Assembly: GCA_964019425.1 (NCBI GenBank)
Contig: OZ025780.1
Span: 1,798,001 to 1,862,000 of the forward strand
DNA: 64,000 nucleotides
Direction: 5' to 3'
Origin: Flectonema sp. DT1601
Taxonomy: Eukaryota
The notes under the pieces were generated by a model. That model was given only the letters and a program-made list of their open reading frames with translations, was not told where the DNA came from and did no database searches. Of this stretch, positions 61,041 through 64,000 are shown one piece after another. Every line of letters starts with the position of its first letter. Within the stretch, counting starts at the first letter, position 1. The position numbers and the translations under genes were made by a program.

Positions 61041-61608
61041 AAAAAAACAATTTCACCCTGGTTTTGTTTGTGCTGCTCCTCGATCATAGGGATACTCTTG
61101 CGGCAGTTGTCGAGTATCCCGTAAAAACTACCACAACAAAAACAACAAAAACATTTACCAACTCGATTCTCACTTCCTGTTCCTTGGTGAGTTTTAGCAA
61201 AAGCTGACCAACTCGACTCACGCAGCAGCTGCAGTTCCTCGCCGAGACGGAACCAGCCTCAATGATCCGAGTTGAGCGCCCACTCAGTTGGTCATCGGAG
61301 TGTAGTTATCAGCGGATTTCCTGGTTTCTCGCACAGAGAGCCAGGTTTCCCAACATAGCAACGCTTGTGGCAAAACTTGTCGTGGGAGGCTACTCGGGAT
61401 TGGAGGTTGGCAGGTAAATGGGGGAAGCGAATGAAGAGAGGAGGAGACGCACGAGAGAGAATGGCAATATGTATGCGAGTGAGCCAGCTGCTGTGCTGCT
61501 GTGATTTGATTGGTATTTTTGCTAAGCAGTGTATTTCTTGCTCTGTGAACTGTTTTTGATGTTCAGGACGTGTTCATATTACTGAGGAAGGAGCCACCAT
61601 CTGAGATC

Positions 61609-61640
<32 letters not shown>

Positions 61641-61831
61641 GGTGGTGTGCGGTTAAATCTCTAATTTTGGTAAATGAAATTCAATCTTTTGCAGCAATAT
61701 ACTTATCGTCTCTCTCTCTGTGACATTTTCGATTTAGAAAAAGTAAAATCCTGTGATCAGTACTGCTTTCATTCGTCACCCATGTGGGTTGTTGTTGTCT
61801 TGTCTTTTTTCTTCTTTTTTTTCGTGCCTGC

Positions 61832-61864
<33 letters not shown>

Positions 61865-62250
61865 GATGACGGCCTCACGGCAGTTACAAGTCTTCGGGAG
61901 TGGGGGGTTGTGTGATTCCTTCTTCACGCAGGAGTCACGCCCCCCTGGTGAGAAATAATAATAATAAAACTAACAATGATAATGATAATATTGTACTTTT
62001 GTATAGGTACTGTATTGTAATAACGCGATTGTTTTGCAATGTAATCAGTTCACTTTCACATTTCAATTCCCCAAATGACCTTCCCGGCGCAACATTTCTT
62101 TATTTTCTTTTTTTTAAATAATTTTTATAAACACTTTCTTTTCGTTGATTTCGTACCTTTCTTTTAAAGTCTAGCGAATGGCATTCCTTCCGTGGTGATT
62201 CCCCTGAACGCACAAACAAATACGCCTTGCGTGTCGGGGGGAAAGGTTTT

Positions 62251-62778
62251 GCCGCTGACTTTAGGTTATTAATTTGTTGTTTGTTCTGTTAGTTTGTTTG
62301 CAATCATTCTTTCTTCTTTTTGTTATCAGGAAGGACATGTCACAAGTGATGTGGTGGAGAGGAAGTGGGGGGAGGAGAGTAAGTTAAGTGGAAAATGGTA
62401 CCACTTGCCGTGTGATGGAAGGAGGGATCGTTGAGAGGGCTTTGCGGTGATGGTGACATGAGAGGGTGTTTGCAATTTTGTAACTTTTGTATATTTTTCA
62501 ATTTTTTTTAACAGGAGCTGAACTTATGATGAGGTGAGCAGAAGCTTCACTAAACCTCCTCGCGGTGTGTGTGTATGCATGTATGTGTTGTGCGTTGTTT
62601 GTTGAAACTCTGACGAGTTCTCATTACCCTTTGTGTGTGTTGTGTGTTCATACGTGTAGTTTGAGTGCTCGTGTGTCTGTGTCAGATGTTTCTGTGAAAC
62701 TATTTCTTTTGCCTTCCTTGATTTTTCTGAACTTGTTCTTCGTGTTGTGATTTGTGGTGAAGTTGTGTTGTGTTGTGT
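62251..62778 (+). repeat. Right terminal copy of the unit-leading repeat (solo, no ORF follows)
   Basis: Matches internal copies to about 62585, diverges slightly, then homology ends near 62778. Confidence 0.88.
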
Positions 62779-64000
62779 TTTTATTTGTAGCTACTAATTC
62801 CGATTTCGTACAAAAGGCGATTATCTGTTTTGATTTCTCTTTTACTCATCCACCCGTTGCATTTAAAGGCTAGAAAATCCTGGAGAAGAACCAACGTAGA
62901 GATGAACAAGGCAGAGTTTTATTGAAAAAAGCAAGACGAAAGTTTGAACAGAACTATTCAAAGAAGTTAATAATAGCCGACGGAAATGATAAAGAAGACA
63001 GAAAAAAAATGCTAACGAACCCCCTCATTGGATTCGAAGATTTGCGAGCCACGAAGTGAAGAGAATAATAAAATGCAGGCAATCATAGTAGCACGCAGCG
63101 GCTCTTGAAATTAAGAGATAACGGAAGAAGAAGCGGTTGAAAGATTGCCCCTGGTTCTGTACGAAGATGCTTCACCCTTATGAAAAGAAAATAGACTTTA
63201 ACGCAAGTATTCATAAGAAGTTACTGCCATCCGGCTTACCGACCAAAACATCCTATGGCCTCAGTAGGACGTTAGGATCGAAAGTATTTAACACGAACAC
63301 GATCGAACTAGAACAGGCACTTCTACTAAAGAAGAGAATTGTAATGCCAAACATGTTGCAGGACATTGTTCTTCTTTGAAATGTAGCACTCAATTGAGGG
63401 AAGTGTTAAAGTTATGAATACTTTACCGTATTCACTGTTCACAACATGAGATGACACAAGAACTTCATGAAGCAGCTGATGGATTTACCGACAAGGTCAC
63501 CAGATATATGTCAGGCGCATAAATAGATGGCTGAAATTAGAACTCTCGGCACAATTAAAACCTACCTAACGATGCAACTTTGGCAAAATGTGAAAGATCT
63601 AATCTGGTACATGAATTAAAAACTATATGAAACTTGCTATAACGTAGGGGTGGTTACCGAGTAATGGCGCCTCTGTTTTATGTTTTATGTTTTATTCCCT
63701 GTATCAGGCTTTTTGGCCTTTAATCTTTTGGGGCATCCTTTCTGTTGTTCTTGCTCTCTGTTAATTTTAATTCTCTGTTTCATTCAGTTTTTCTTAGAAA
63801 ACGCAAAATGAACTTAAAACAAATAATCCTCTGCCAAAGCTTTTTGCAACAGACATTAAATTTTGTGTCTACTGCTTCCCTCCTTCGTTCCTTCTCAGTT
63901 CCTCTTTCTTAGTTGCCCATTTTTATCTTCTTGATGTGGTACTTCAGTTTCAGGGTTTTACCTTCCACAATCTTTTGGGAAGGCAAAACCCTGAACCATA

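Larger units (their letters stand above)
26247..62778 (+). repeat. Tandem array of about 5.1-kb units: one divergent first unit, six near-identical units and a terminal partial unit
   Basis: Unit starts (GCCGCTGACTTTAGG) at 26247, 31585, 36698, 41821, 46922, 52039, 57168 and 62251. The ORF track repeats with the same period. Confidence 0.97.

Noticed and set aside
26247..62778. Autonomous LTR retrotransposon or Helitron
   Set aside because: No gag/RT/integrase/Rep-helicase ORF, no TG..CA or TC..CTRR termini and no target-site duplication found; only the direct-repeat architecture is supported.

Overview
Eukaryotic nuclear DNA, most likely from a euglenozoan and probably a diplonemid. This is an inference from four observations: every real gene is on the + strand in a dense cluster, start codons are preceded by pyrimidine-rich AG sites consistent with SL trans-splicing, the sparse short introns start GT[A/G/T]TG, and the EGF-like repeats have the form DEC..PCG..QTC.DPN....DF.C.C. 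Bases 1-25 kb hold a unidirectional housekeeping cluster: INO1, a bacterial-type glyoxalase/VOC protein, an RRM protein, two RPL34 copies, an FtsH/m-AAA protease, an EF-hand protein, a PAN-like membrane protein, a CCDC130/YJU2-family protein with an apparent C-terminal NLE domain, a TTC16-like TPR protein and several hypotheticals. Bases 26.2-62.8 kb are a tandem array of about 5.1-kb units bounded at both ends by the same 0.5-0.6-kb repeat. Six units carry a near-identical gene for a predicted secreted or membrane protein with two EGF-like domains. The first unit has the same flanks around a completely different, frameshifted ORF, so the coding cassette has been swapped inside a conserved frame. 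Other notable signals are cis-intron acceptors with poly-A rather than polypyrimidine tracts, long poly-U/poly-A hairpins with complementary unique anchors in 3' UTRs, and structured non-coding islands inside the repeat unit. No RT, integrase, transposase, rRNA, tRNA or CRISPR array could be supported.
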